A stretch of 64,000 nucleotides of DNA from Nitrososphaeraceae archaeon (GCA_035297365.1 DATGZA010000011.1:32001-96000), one strand, 5' to 3'; positions 53,543-63,973 are shown, counted from the first letter of the stretch. Numbers and translations: made by a program. The notes: generated by a model from the sequence alone, not told the origin.

Positions 53543-55246
53543 TTGCTAGTTGCTGAATATCAATATATGTTATTTCCCCATGGAAACAATCTTTTATTTC
53601 TATATTTATTATCAGCAACAACAATAATTTTATCAATTTTAAGTAGTAGTGATAATAATTGGCTTATTTCAACTGCAGAAGCTACTACTAATAATCTTCC
53701 TCTTTCGATACTTGATGGTGAGAATAATATTAGTAATACTATCACTACCACTCCCATCAAACATATTGTGATTCTCTACCAAGAGAATATTTCATTTGAC
53801 CATTATTTGGGTACATATCCCAATGCTAAAAATCCTCCTGGTGAACCCAAATTTGTAGCCACTCCAGATACTCCTCCCATTAACGGTCTAAACTCTACTT
53901 TGCTATATCAAAATCCAAATTCTGCTGATCCTGTTCGTATGGATAGATCTCCAGCAATAACTTGTTCTATGAATCATGGTTATACAGCTGAGCAAAGTGC
54001 ATATCATGGACGAGCTGATAAATTTGTAGAGTATGCTGGTCCTCCTTTTCCAGAATTTTGTACTGACCTCGAAAATAAGCAACTAGTTATGGGATATTAT
54101 GATGGTAACACGGTAACTGCACTATGGAATTATGCTCAACATTTTGCAATGAGTGATAATTTCTTTGGTACTACATATGGCCCATCTGTATTAGGTCATA
54201 TTAATCTCATTTCTGGTAACACATACGGTGCTTATATTGTTAATCCTATGCCACCCTATGAGACTCACACTCATGATGGATCTCGCATTATCAATGGTAC
54301 TCTTATAGCCGATAGAGATCCAGCATTTGATGATTGTTCCAATTCCACTTATTCTGTAATGGCTATGGAGGGAAAAAATATTGGAAATCTTTTAAATGCT
54401 AAAAATATAACATGGGGATGGTTCTCAGCAGGATTTATACCATCTATTAAAACTGCAGATGGTCAATGGCATTGTTCTTTTACAGGCATACAAGCATATG
54501 ACATATTCAACGGAAATAACAATACACAAATATATCATTATTATCCTGATGTAGAGCCTTTTCAATTTTATAATAGCACTTCAAATCCTCATCATTTACC
54601 TCCAACTTCAATTTCAATGGTCGGTCATACAGACCAAGCAAACCATCAGTATAATATGAGTTATTTCTGGGCTGCTGCAAAATCTGGAAATATGCCAGCC
54701 GTAAGTTTTCTTAAATCTCCTACATTTCAAGATGCTCATGCAGGGTTTTCAAATCCATTAGACGAACAGATTTATCTTGTGAATACTATAAACAGATTAC
54801 AGCAACTGCCACAATGGAATGAAACTGCAATTATTATTACATATGATGATTCTGGAGGATGGTATGACCATGTGATGCCACCGATTGTAGGTAGCTCCAA
54901 AGACTTGCAATTTGATAGAATATCCGGTATTGGTCAATGTGGTAATGCGACTACAACTATTGGACCTTTTCAAGATCGGTGCGGTTATGGTCCACGTTTG
55001 CCTATGTTAGTTATTTCTCCATGGGTAAAAGTTAATTTTGTAGATCATACCCTTACTGATCAGACTTCTGTTCTACGATTTATAGAGGATAACTGGAATC
55101 TAGAACGTATAGGACATAATTCCTATGATGAAAAAGCAGGTTCAATTTTGAATATGTTTGACTTTGACAGGAAAGAACAGCAACAACAGCTTGCCAGTCC
55201 TCTCTTCTTAGATCCTATCTCTGGGACACCAATTTCATCTAAATAG
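53543..55246 (+). CDS. Secreted phospholipase C / acid phosphatase (phosphoesterase family)
   Basis: IKHIVILYQENISFDHYLGTYP, AMSDNFF, TYDDSGGWYDHV, YGPRLPMLVISPW, DQTSVLRFIEDNW. Confidence 0.92.
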   Translation: MLVAEYQYMLFPHGNNLLFLYLLSATTIILSILSSSDNNWLISTAEATTNNLPLSILDGENNISNTITTTPIKHIVILYQENISFDHYLGTYPNAKNPPGEPKFVATPDTPPINGLNSTLLYQNPNSADPVRMDRSPAITCSMNHGYTAEQSAYHGRADKFVEYAGPPFPEFCTDLENKQLVMGYYDGNTVTALWNYAQHFAMSDNFFGTTYGPSVLGHINLISGNTYGAYIVNPMPPYETHTHDGSRIINGTLIADRDPAFDDCSNSTYSVMAMEGKNIGNLLNAKNITWGWFSAGFIPSIKTADGQWHCSFTGIQAYDIFNGNNNTQIYHYYPDVEPFQFYNSTSNPHHLPPTSISMVGHTDQANHQYNMSYFWAAAKSGNMPAVSFLKSPTFQDAHAGFSNPLDEQIYLVNTINRLQQLPQWNETAIIITYDDSGGWYDHVMPPIVGSSKDLQFDRISGIGQCGNATTTIGPFQDRCGYGPRLPMLVISPWVKVNFVDHTLTDQTSVLRFIEDNWNLERIGHNSYDEKAGSILNMFDFDRKEQQQQLASPLFLDPISGTPISSK

Positions 55247-55681
55247 ATAATGAAAAAAAAGCAGTTAATTGTAGATGATATATCACAGTGATAAAAAATT
55301 ACTCTCTCTATAGACACATTCCGGAATAGCTTAATTAAGAACTTTAACCATTCTAAAATGTAAGAATCATGGGTAACAACAACAAAATCTTACAAATAAT
55401 TCAAAAGAAGAGGAAAAAATATAGCTCTGGTTGTACGATATCATGACAATATATTTCAGAAAGGAAGTTAGAGGTAGCTGATGAGATTCTATCACTTAAT
55501 TTTGTTATATATAATCCAGTTATTCCTGAAAACCTACGTAAAGGCCATGAAGGAACAAAAAATATGCATCTAAAACAATAGCAGCTGTTCCAGCAGATGG
55601 CAAACCTGCATATGACGATATTATCGACAAGTTGTTAGATTTTTATGATAGTAAGAATAAACAACAACAACAACATCAGAA

Positions 55682-55942
55682 ATGAAACTGAAGACTATAA
55701 TCAATATGGGTGACCCTACTGATATTCAGAATGGCGAGACCTGTCATGTATGTCAAAAAATATCTTTCTTCTTTGTAGAGTTATGGGAAGATAAAACATC
55801 AACTCCAAGGACAAGGATATGCAGTGAATGTATTAAACACTTGAATTCAAAGTTTACAAAGACATTCGAGTCAAGAAAATTTCTACAAGAGATAACAAAG
55901 TCAGAAACACTTCTAAAAGAATTTCTAAGGTCAAAACCATAA
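55682..55942 (+). CDS. Small zinc-finger-like hypothetical protein
   Basis: CHVC...CSEC. Confidence 0.6.
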   Translation: MKLKTIINMGDPTDIQNGETCHVCQKISFFFVELWEDKTSTPRTRICSECIKHLNSKFTKTFESRKFLQEITKSETLLKEFLRSKP

Positions 55943-55982
55943 TGAACACTAAAAAATATTTATCCTAAACCTTCTCCTATTT

Positions 55983-56135
55983 ATGATATCATTACATGTG
56001 GAACAAAAAGTCAAATTAATTCAGTTAAATATAAAAAGTTTTGGAAGATTAAGAGAGTATAACAGATATTATAATAATTATGACTACAATGTTAGTTCTT
56101 TTGACGCTATTATTGGAAAACTAATAGATTTCTAG
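55983..56135 (+). pseudogene. Small protein, paralog of 57183-57359 (probable premature stop)
   Basis: VKLIQLNIKSFGRLREYNRYYN...SFDAIIGKLIDF*. Confidence 0.5.
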
Positions 56136-56273
56136 GAGAAACAAAATATTGTTGCTATAGAAGAAACAGATGGTACAGTAAACTGATACAGTTACAACAA
56201 TGACAACGACGAGAAGAAAATGAAGATATTAGAGTTTTATGCAAAAAACATGAGAAAAGTTACTACCCATTAT

Positions 56274-56376
56274 TTATTTGTCTAATCCAATTTGCTTCAT
56301 GAATTCAGCATTATCCCAAAATAGATGTTCTTCGGCAATCGGTCCATCTTCATTCCATCGCGCTATTGAAGCCATA
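56274..56376 (-). pseudogene. SnoaL/ester-cyclase-like C-terminal fragment
   Basis: MASIARWNEDGPIAEEHLFWDNAEFMKQIGL. Confidence 0.5.
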
Positions 56377-56549
56377 AATCTTATTCCTGAATAAGAATAC
56401 TTCCAATTCATCCTTTTTAAAAATTTATCTTCTATGATTGATAAAATTATTCATGAGTTTAATTGTTATTGATATTGCTAGAAATCAATTTTATTTATTT
56501 TACCTTATTATTTATTTATCAAAAATGTGTTATAACAACTAATTATGAA

Positions 56550-57116
56550 TCAATCTATCCACTTGAACGATTTTAACATTTTTTCAAAGTCTGGAACATA
56601 TTTTTCATATAGATTTCCAGAAGCCGTGTATCCTATACGATATGGTTCTTTATTATGAATTACATAATATTGTAAGAACTTGAATCCTTCCTTCTCTCCA
56701 ATTCCTTCTGCATATATCTGTCTTGAGGTTTCATTAGCCACTGTTACGTTTTTCTCTGAAATAACTTTCATTAAATTTTGTTCGTCTATCATATATTTTA
56801 CATATGCATCAAGAGGTGCATTTTTGATACCATAATAAGCATCTTGTTTAAAAGACGCTGCCGCGTAAGTTGTGTTTGACCCAAAATGTTCTGATGGCAT
56901 TGCACCTATTGAGTTAGACGGACCAAAACCCAGAAGTTCTGTAGCATAACCATCCGAAAAGACTTCATACCTCCAATTATCTGGAATTTCAACTTGAAAA
57001 TATAAAGTTTTTTCTATTGTAGTATTACCATTTTGTGCATAAATATTAATAGTAATTACAGAAAAATTGAGGATAACAATAACAAGAATAACACCACTTA
57101 AAGTGATTATTCTCAT
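56550..57116 (-). CDS. PsbP-like secreted protein
   Basis: Signal peptide, FQVEIPDNW, Y.I.YTAS...YEKYVPDFEKMLKSFK. Confidence 0.8.
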   Translation of the reverse strand: MRIITLSGVILVIVILNFSVITINIYAQNGNTTIEKTLYFQVEIPDNWRYEVFSDGYATELLGFGPSNSIGAMPSEHFGSNTTYAAASFKQDAYYGIKNAPLDAYVKYMIDEQNLMKVISEKNVTVANETSRQIYAEGIGEKEGFKFLQYYVIHNKEPYRIGYTASGNLYEKYVPDFEKMLKSFKWID

Positions 57117-57182
57117 TATTAATTTTTTAATATCTTGTCTTTTAAAGATATTGATTTTTGAATATAATACTCACAGAAATTA

Positions 57183-57359
57183 TCAGCTATTGTTTTCGTA
57201 GAAATCTATTAGTATCACAATTATGTCATCAAAAGAAATTGTATTGTCATCATCATCATGATTATAATATCTGTTATGCTCTCTTAACCTTAGAAAAGTC
57301 TCTCTTTTTAATTGAATTAACTTGAATTGTGGTTCTATTTCTCTTTGTTGTTCAAACAA
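57183..57359 (-). CDS. Small hypothetical protein (58 aa)
   Basis: FKLIQLKRETFLRLREHNRYYN...SFDDIIVILIDFYEN; TTG start; paralog at 55983. Confidence 0.55.
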   Translation of the reverse strand: MFEQQREIEPQFKLIQLKRETFLRLREHNRYYNHDDDDNTISFDDIIVILIDFYENNS

Positions 57360-57554
57360 TTATAATTATAATAAAAGAAGGAAGATTTAGAATGAATATT
57401 TTTATTTATTTACTAGATTGAAAATATTTCATATTGTGCTTGTACATCAAATGCGATTCTTCTTATAGTCATTAATTGAGAATGATAAAATATTACAAGA
57501 TTCGATAATGTTTCTTCTAACCATAGATATATTAAATTCGTATTTAAAAATGCA

Positions 57555-58180
57555 ATGAGCAATCAAAAGATAGTTAATGCGTCTATACTGGGAGCAATAC
57601 TAGCGACAGGTCTACTGGCTCTAAACCCATCAATGCTTACAAACGCACAAGCACAGATGTACAATTATGATCATGGAAATGATACTATAAAGTATACTCC
57701 GATTCAAAATCACCTGATGTAAACGTTCAGAAAATAAAATGTGTAAATAGCAACATCAATGTCAATGGTATAGATATAACCGAAATACCTCCAGATGGTA
57801 CGACTGCAGCAGAAGCAGCAGAAAATGAAGGCGGAGCAGGAGCAAATAGCCAGAATGATAATGGTCTTGCAGACAAAATAAACTTCGACAAAAACCTAGT
57901 AAACGTATGTGCAAATATAAATGATAACGAACAGACAAAAATCAGTTCTCCAAAAGAAGCAAATTTGCTTGTGACCAAAACTGTCACCTGTGAGGACTTT
58001 TCTGATGAGTCGGTTCCTTCGGTTCAACAGGGGGTAAATCCTTGTCCAGTACTTGAAGCCACAATAACCGAAGATCAATTTGATATTTCGGTATCAGGTA
58101 ACAATCCAGTTCGACCTCAATTTCAAGGTTCAGAAGGAGGACATGAAACTCATAGGACACTTACTATCAAAATAATATAA
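57555..58180 (+). pseudogene. KIKCVNSN-family secreted protein, frameshifted
   Basis: MSNQKIVNASILGAILATGLLALNPS...; frameshift near 57690; VQKIKCVNSNINVNGIDIT...DKINFDKNLVNVCAN, then LLVTKTVTC... C-terminus. Confidence 0.8.
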
Positions 58181-58422
58181 CCGATCATTTTTTTATTTTT
58201 TGTTTATTAATCTATTACTCTAGTGATATTAATTTATTTTATTAATATAGCCATGGTTACCTTAGTGATGAAATTACCTTTCACTTAATTTTGGAATGAT
58301 GTTTTTCTACTGCTTCTCTGTTGTGTGGTTTCAACAAACAGTAGCATAGATTCAAATCTCTATTAAAGAAAATGTTAAGGTTGGTATACGCATGCTAAAT
58401 TCTAAGTTTAAAAAATGTTATT

Positions 58423-58449
58423 GAACCCTATTAATATACGGGCTCGGAG
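58423..58449 (+). repeat. Dispersed element, copy S9 (dyad half only)
   Basis: gaaccctattaatatacgggctcggag, preceded by aaaatgttatt as in S1; core absent. Confidence 0.8.
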
Positions 58450-58538
58450 CGCTTCGAGTTTGACATTTAGTTGGGATCTGTCTTTACAAATTTAAACTTT
58501 AACTTTTTAAAATCAATGTGACCATTTTAAAAAATCTT

Positions 58539-59258
58539 TTACCGTACAAAAATTTTAAAACTAGCCTCCCTCATGGGATCAAATCTTGGTGGTGGACCTT
58601 CGTTACCCTTAAGCAGATCAACAACTTTCAATTCTATGTCATGTTTTCCAGGAGACAGTTCATGCAACAATAAGAAATAACCAGTAGCTAGCGCCTTATA
58701 TGTGCCAGGATTGATTGTTCCCCAAATGTCTATTGGGCGCTCGGGAATCGTAATATTAAAAAAGTCAGTTTTAATTAATGATCCAGCAAGATCCACGTTT
58801 TTACCATCTACAGTAACTTTCATGTTGTTAAGGGGAGTAAGAATATTATCAGCACATTCTACTATTTCTGCATCAGTCATCGGACCAGAAGTACCACTAT
58901 CACAGAAAGTCGTTGTTATTGGAAGCATGACAGCTTTACCAAGTGGAACATTGCAATTATAGTTGATCTTGCCCTCACCTGGAATAACATCTGGTAAGAA
59001 CCATACAGGACCACTTTGCATTACAGAACATCTTTCAGAATCAGAATAATCCTTTACTGGATGTTTGTCGATAGGAATACCTGCCCACCACGTCCACCAT
59101 TTTGCCACCCATTCTGAATAAGGACTGTCATATGGCGAAGAATCTATTGTAAATATGTCAAAATTTGAGCTGGCTATAGTAGTAGTAATTATTCCGTTCC
59201 AACTGAGAATTATAATAAACAGAATAGGTATTATAATTCGAACAAATAGTGGGTTCAT
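58539..59258 (-). CDS. Secreted Cys-containing protein (PY..Y.EW family), paralog 2
   Basis: DSSPYDSPYSEWVAKWWTW, GPVWFL, VTVDGK, LSPGKHDI. Confidence 0.87.
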   Translation of the reverse strand: MNPLFVRIIIPILFIIILSWNGIITTTIASSNFDIFTIDSSPYDSPYSEWVAKWWTWWAGIPIDKHPVKDYSDSERCSVMQSGPVWFLPDVIPGEGKINYNCNVPLGKAVMLPITTTFCDSGTSGPMTDAEIVECADNILTPLNNMKVTVDGKNVDLAGSLIKTDFFNITIPERPIDIWGTINPGTYKALATGYFLLLHELSPGKHDIELKVVDLLKGNEGPPPRFDPMREASFKIFVR

Positions 59259-59369
59259 AGTGAAAAGTATGTCCCTGTTCTTTATTTCTTTTTATATATA
59301 GATGTTTATCTTACCAACAGTATCTCTAATAAACATGTTTTAGATATTAATAAATAGTAAAGTCTGAGA

Positions 59370-60734
59370 TTGCACGAATCGAAGAAAATTCAATATATTT
59401 TTAGTTCATCAGGTCTTATTATTGTAGTAGGATTTGTAATTGTTCTACTTCATATAGTTGACATGACCGCAGGCGACACTTGGGCTTTGAACATCAATGA
59501 CCGTAATTCGTTTCAATATATAATAATATATTTTATAATCACGGTGACATCACTAGTTATCCAAGCTTTCCTTCTTATGATCTCTATAAAGATAGCATTT
59601 ACAACCAAGAAAGCAACCTCGCATCTATCAATGATAACCAGATACCTTTATGTAGGATCACATATGGCAGTAATGGGTTCCATTGCATATTTATTGGCAG
59701 AACAAGTAGTAACATATAGATATCATACGGTATTACTCGAGTTAATAGTAGCACTAAGTTTTATACCATCAATTTTAATCTTCATTTCATTAGCATTCAG
59801 AAATCTAAAGTCATTTTCATCCACTAAAAGAAAAATCGTTATGGTATACGGTATAGCCATAATTGCGATTGCAGTACAATTGATCATTGCCTTTTGTTAT
59901 ATAGAGATCAATCTCTATAGTAAACCTGAGATCATAACTCCTGATAGGAATCCATGGGCATCCTATTTCTATACAAGTATCCAAAGTAAAATGTCCGTAA
60001 GTTATGAGATTAGTGAGGATATTTCCTTTATTATCATATGGATGGCTTCTATATTACTTACTAAACCATATGCACAAAAGATTGGGAAAATAAAATATTC
60101 GATAACATTGAGTGTTCCAATAATATACTTCCTATTTCAGTATTCTCCACTATTGTTGGAACAAATGGGAACATTAAGTTTTCTTGTTATGGCAGAAGGA
60201 TCATTATTTTTATATTTTTACAATTTTGTTTTAAATACAGTTAATATAGGAACGGGAATATTAATTGGAATCTCATTTTACATATTATCTAGATCTTTGG
60301 TCTATGATGATTTAAAATATTACCTGATAATATGTGGCACAGGAATCATGATTATCTTCAGTAGTGGTGTTTCAACAATCTTAACCTTAGCTCCTTTTCC
60401 AGCATGGGCTATTGTTTCCCTTTCATTTATCTTGCCAGCATCATTCCTATTTTTAATTGGGCTCGATTCAGCAACATATTATATTGCAAGTGACACTTTG
60501 ATACGTAGGTATCTGTATAGACATAGGGATCAATTTGGTCTATTCCAAGCTTTGGGTTATACAAAAGCTTCCGACATTGTTGAGCAAAAGGTACGTAAAC
60601 AACTCGATAATCTCAAAGATAAAACATTTTTTGAACCAGTATATGAATTAGAAGATACGAAACAGTATATCCAGAAGGTAATAACAGAAATGAAAGAATC
60701 TGATACAAAAATAGATAGTTCAAAATCGGATTAA
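59370..60734 (+). CDS. Polytopic membrane protein, paralog 3
   Basis: Many TM helices; PFPAWAI...DSATYYIASD...ALGYTKASDIVEQKV tail. Confidence 0.85.
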   Translation: MHESKKIQYIFSSSGLIIVVGFVIVLLHIVDMTAGDTWALNINDRNSFQYIIIYFIITVTSLVIQAFLLMISIKIAFTTKKATSHLSMITRYLYVGSHMAVMGSIAYLLAEQVVTYRYHTVLLELIVALSFIPSILIFISLAFRNLKSFSSTKRKIVMVYGIAIIAIAVQLIIAFCYIEINLYSKPEIITPDRNPWASYFYTSIQSKMSVSYEISEDISFIIIWMASILLTKPYAQKIGKIKYSITLSVPIIYFLFQYSPLLLEQMGTLSFLVMAEGSLFLYFYNFVLNTVNIGTGILIGISFYILSRSLVYDDLKYYLIICGTGIMIIFSSGVSTILTLAPFPAWAIVSLSFILPASFLFLIGLDSATYYIASDTLIRRYLYRHRDQFGLFQALGYTKASDIVEQKVRKQLDNLKDKTFFEPVYELEDTKQYIQKVITEMKESDTKIDSSKSD

Positions 60735-60864
60735 TTTTCGATTAAGTTAGGAATTAATTTATGTATATAAAAAGCAATAATCAATTGTATCTACTCTAAA
60801 AATAATAAGTTTTGATCGAGATATTAATTAGATATTAATAAACTTATTAATGAGGGTGCAAACA

Positions 60865-60898
60865 GAGGATAGTCAACCGTTTTTCACATAATTTTGTA
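60865..60898 (+). repeat. Dispersed element, copy S10 (core only, degenerate)
   Basis: gaggatagtcaaccgtttttcacataattttgta. Confidence 0.8.
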
Positions 60899-61042
60899 GT
60901 TTGATAATTTTTGTGATTACCTTATTCCTTCCTTATTTACAAAAGACTTTGATATTAATCAAAAGTTTTGTTATTCAATTCCTTAAACACATAAAATAAG
61001 AGTAAGATGAGGAGATGCTTCTGTAAAAAAATTTTAGGTAAA

Positions 61043-61267
61043 TTAAAGTTCTTTACGTTCTACACCAAATGCTACTTTTATTGTAGTTTTATATTGAGTA
61101 ATATTACCTGTATTAGGATCTACTGTACCAGTCTTACTTATGACTTCGAGTCCTGTAATTCCACGTATCGTCTTCGTTGCCTCATCTAGGGCAACTTTGA
61201 CTGCCTCTTGCCATCCCTTATCTGAACTACCAACAAGTTCGGTTATTGTTGCAATATGATGAGTCAT
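61043..61267 (-). CDS. Dodecin family protein
   Basis: ELVGSSDKGWQEAV..A...A.KTIRGI...Y....KVAF. Confidence 0.9.
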   Translation of the reverse strand: MTHHIATITELVGSSDKGWQEAVKVALDEATKTIRGITGLEVISKTGTVDPNTGNITQYKTTIKVAFGVERKEL

Positions 61268-61781
61268 ATTTGTTATGAGTATTCATGCTTATTAATGGTT
61301 ATCAATAAAAGAATCTAAGAATTATTATAAAAACATGCAAATTGACAGAATTATAAATTTGTTGTATGCAATCGACCGTCAAATGGAAATTAATTATTTT
61401 CAATATTTTTAATATATACTTTAATAGGTTTTAAATCACTATAACAAAACAAAAATTTGGTTATTTATTAACCAGTTTTTGATTTAATAGTCTGAATCCT
61501 TTGTTTCTCTGTATGATGATAGAATAAAAACTAATAACGATTTTTATTTAAAAGATGTGAATATTATCTTAAATTAACAGAACCCAATTTTCCCTATCAA
61601 CGATAAGTCATATTCTAAGTCATCCAGATTGAACGCTTAAGTACACCTTTATTCGTGATTGAAAATAACTGTTGTAAAAAGGAAATTTCGATATTTAAAA
61701 TTGATAGTAATGGTAGGATTATCATTAACTAAATGATTATTTTTATTTGTAGGTATAAAAGAATAAGAATCGCTACAAATA

Positions 61782-62900
61782 TTGTACAATATGAATTACA
61801 TTGGCACCATGCATGAGAATGAACTAAAAAATGGAGAACATAAAAAAGTAAAAGTTAAGGACAAAGAAATAATCATTTTTAAATTAAATGATAATATAAC
61901 TGCCATTAGTAATACATGCCTTCACAAAGGAGGACCTTTATCTGAAGGAAAAGTGGAAAAAAAATATGGTGGTTACTATATTACTTGTCCATGGCATGGA
62001 TGGGAATATAATCTTGTTACGGGAAAGGCACCTCCAGGATATGAAGAACAACAAGCAATGTACGATGTAATTGTAAAAGATAATAAAATACACGTTTCAG
62101 AGAAGCCTATTATATTACCTTTTAGGGGAACACATAAAGAAAATCCTTTACAAGACCTTATAGAGTTAAAATACGATACAAGTTCTACTTCTCTGAATAT
62201 ATTAGGAATTTCAACTACAAATATGAATGAGAAATTACCTAGGATTTCAACATCAGAATTAGTATTGCAAGAAGCACTCGATTATGCTAGGAGAGAGTAT
62301 CAAGCAAATACAGTAATGATAAGACTTTCAGATATTGAATTTAGGCATTGCGAAGGATATTATAGTAGAAATGAAATGGCGTGTACTTGGCCTTGCTCGA
62401 TATCCGAAATGGATAGTAATGATGGAATGAATGATATATATCGAAAAATGATTCTATGGGCTGACATAGTAGTAGTTAGCACCCCTATTCGATGGGGTAA
62501 TGCTTCATCACTTTATTACAAAATGATTGAAAGGCTTAATTGTGTTCAAAATCAAATAACATTACATAATCGCGTTTTAGTAAACAACAAAGTTGCAAGT
62601 TTTATAATCACAGGTGGCCAAGATAACATACAAAGTGTTGCTGGACAGATGATGATGTTTTTTAGTGAGTTAGGTTTTACATTACCCCCTTATTCATTTA
62701 TGGGATGGAGTAGAGGTTGGATAGCTGAAGATATGGAACATAATGTACAACAATTCAAGAAATCAAGGTATATCAAGAGATCTTTAAGAGATCTAGTTGA
62801 TAATGATATAAAATTATTAAGACAATTGAAAGGAGATCCTTGTATCCATATTAATTTCCCTCAACCAAAAATTACTGATACTTCTTCTTATAATAAATAA
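61782..62900 (+). CDS. Rieske [2Fe-2S] ferredoxin fused to flavodoxin-like NAD(P)H-dependent FMN reductase domain
   Basis: CLHKGGPL...CPWHGW; CEGYYS...CTWPC, STPIRWG. Confidence 0.88.
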   Translation: MYNMNYIGTMHENELKNGEHKKVKVKDKEIIIFKLNDNITAISNTCLHKGGPLSEGKVEKKYGGYYITCPWHGWEYNLVTGKAPPGYEEQQAMYDVIVKDNKIHVSEKPIILPFRGTHKENPLQDLIELKYDTSSTSLNILGISTTNMNEKLPRISTSELVLQEALDYARREYQANTVMIRLSDIEFRHCEGYYSRNEMACTWPCSISEMDSNDGMNDIYRKMILWADIVVVSTPIRWGNASSLYYKMIERLNCVQNQITLHNRVLVNNKVASFIITGGQDNIQSVAGQMMMFFSELGFTLPPYSFMGWSRGWIAEDMEHNVQQFKKSRYIKRSLRDLVDNDIKLLRQLKGDPCIHINFPQPKITDTSSYNK

Positions 62901-62920
62901 ACTTCTCAAAGGGATAGCAA

Positions 62921-63640
62921 ATGGATAGTGATGTTATTTCTTATAACAAAATTATACCTTTGAGAACTATTTGTAGGGTAATTGCTAAAATAAAGTCACA
63001 GCAAATAGAATCTTTACCCCACTTTGGTCATGAAGCATTATTTTTTCAGAATAATGCAGTAACAACCGGACTAATGAATAATACAAAAGAACTTAAGATA
63101 GATTTTTTTAGTGGCTTATTTTTATCTTACAAGAATGAAGATACTATACAAATCGATTTGACATCTAAAAATATTCAAGATATATATGACTTTTTTACTA
63201 ATAATTTTGATCTTTCTATATCCCAAGAAATCACGAATCTGGATAGTCAAGAATTACAAAATCATTATTATTTTATGTCAAAGGCTAACCTTAGCTTAGA
63301 AATATTTAGAATGAGGTTGGGTGGAAAGTTTACGCTTGTGCATTTGTGGCCACATGGATTCGATCTTTCTGTAGAATATTTTACTGGAATACAGAATCAG
63401 CAAATTGGAATTGGAATATCACCTGGAGAAGAAAATATTTCCTTACCTTATCTCTATATCAATCCTTATCCTTTCAATCAAGAAATCAAAGAGGAAAAAT
63501 TACCATTAGGGGAATGGTATGATAAATCATGGAAGGGAATAAAAGTCGAGTGGAATGAGATATCTTCTAAAAATGAAAAAGAAATTGCATCTTTCATCTC
63601 CCAATTGTTTAAAATATCATACAAAAATTTTATTAAATGA
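62921..63640 (+). CDS. Hypothetical protein
   Basis: 239-aa ORF 20 bp downstream of the Rieske gene; LWPHGFDL, GISPG, PYLYINPYP. Confidence 0.8.
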   Translation: MDSDVISYNKIIPLRTICRVIAKIKSQQIESLPHFGHEALFFQNNAVTTGLMNNTKELKIDFFSGLFLSYKNEDTIQIDLTSKNIQDIYDFFTNNFDLSISQEITNLDSQELQNHYYFMSKANLSLEIFRMRLGGKFTLVHLWPHGFDLSVEYFTGIQNQQIGIGISPGEENISLPYLYINPYPFNQEIKEEKLPLGEWYDKSWKGIKVEWNEISSKNEKEIASFISQLFKISYKNFIK

Positions 63641-63651
63641 TATTGTAAAAC

Positions 63652-63920
63652 TCCTTTGTTAAATTAAGCAGTAAAAATTATAGGCAAAAATATCCCGTCT
63701 ACTATATGAAAATTAAACTTAGAAATATAACATCTAGCTTTATTGTAATGTATTTTTCATATTTGTACTTGTTCTAAGTTTTAGAAAATATAGTTAAAAT
63801 ACTGCAACCTTTTAAAGATCAAAAAAGAAGTTATGTTGCTGAATGGTATTGGATTCACCGATTTGGTTCATTGCAGATCTATAACAAGCATAGAAGTATT
63901 TCCGTATTCATAGTAGGTAA
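63652..63920 (+). mobile_element. IS6-family 5' remnant
   Basis: Homologous to 16885-17150 (ttgttaaattaagca; gttatgt...ttgg.ttca..gatttggtt...gatctataa). Confidence 0.6.
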
Positions 63921-63973
63921 ACATTTCTAAATTATTGTCTTTATAAAATACTTTGCAGAAAGTTGATGTAAAA

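Noticed and set aside
61564-61585. Isolated IS6-like inverted-repeat end (ttatcttaaattaacagaaccc); similar at ~19047
   Set aside because: No associated transposase sequence recognised, so not called as an element
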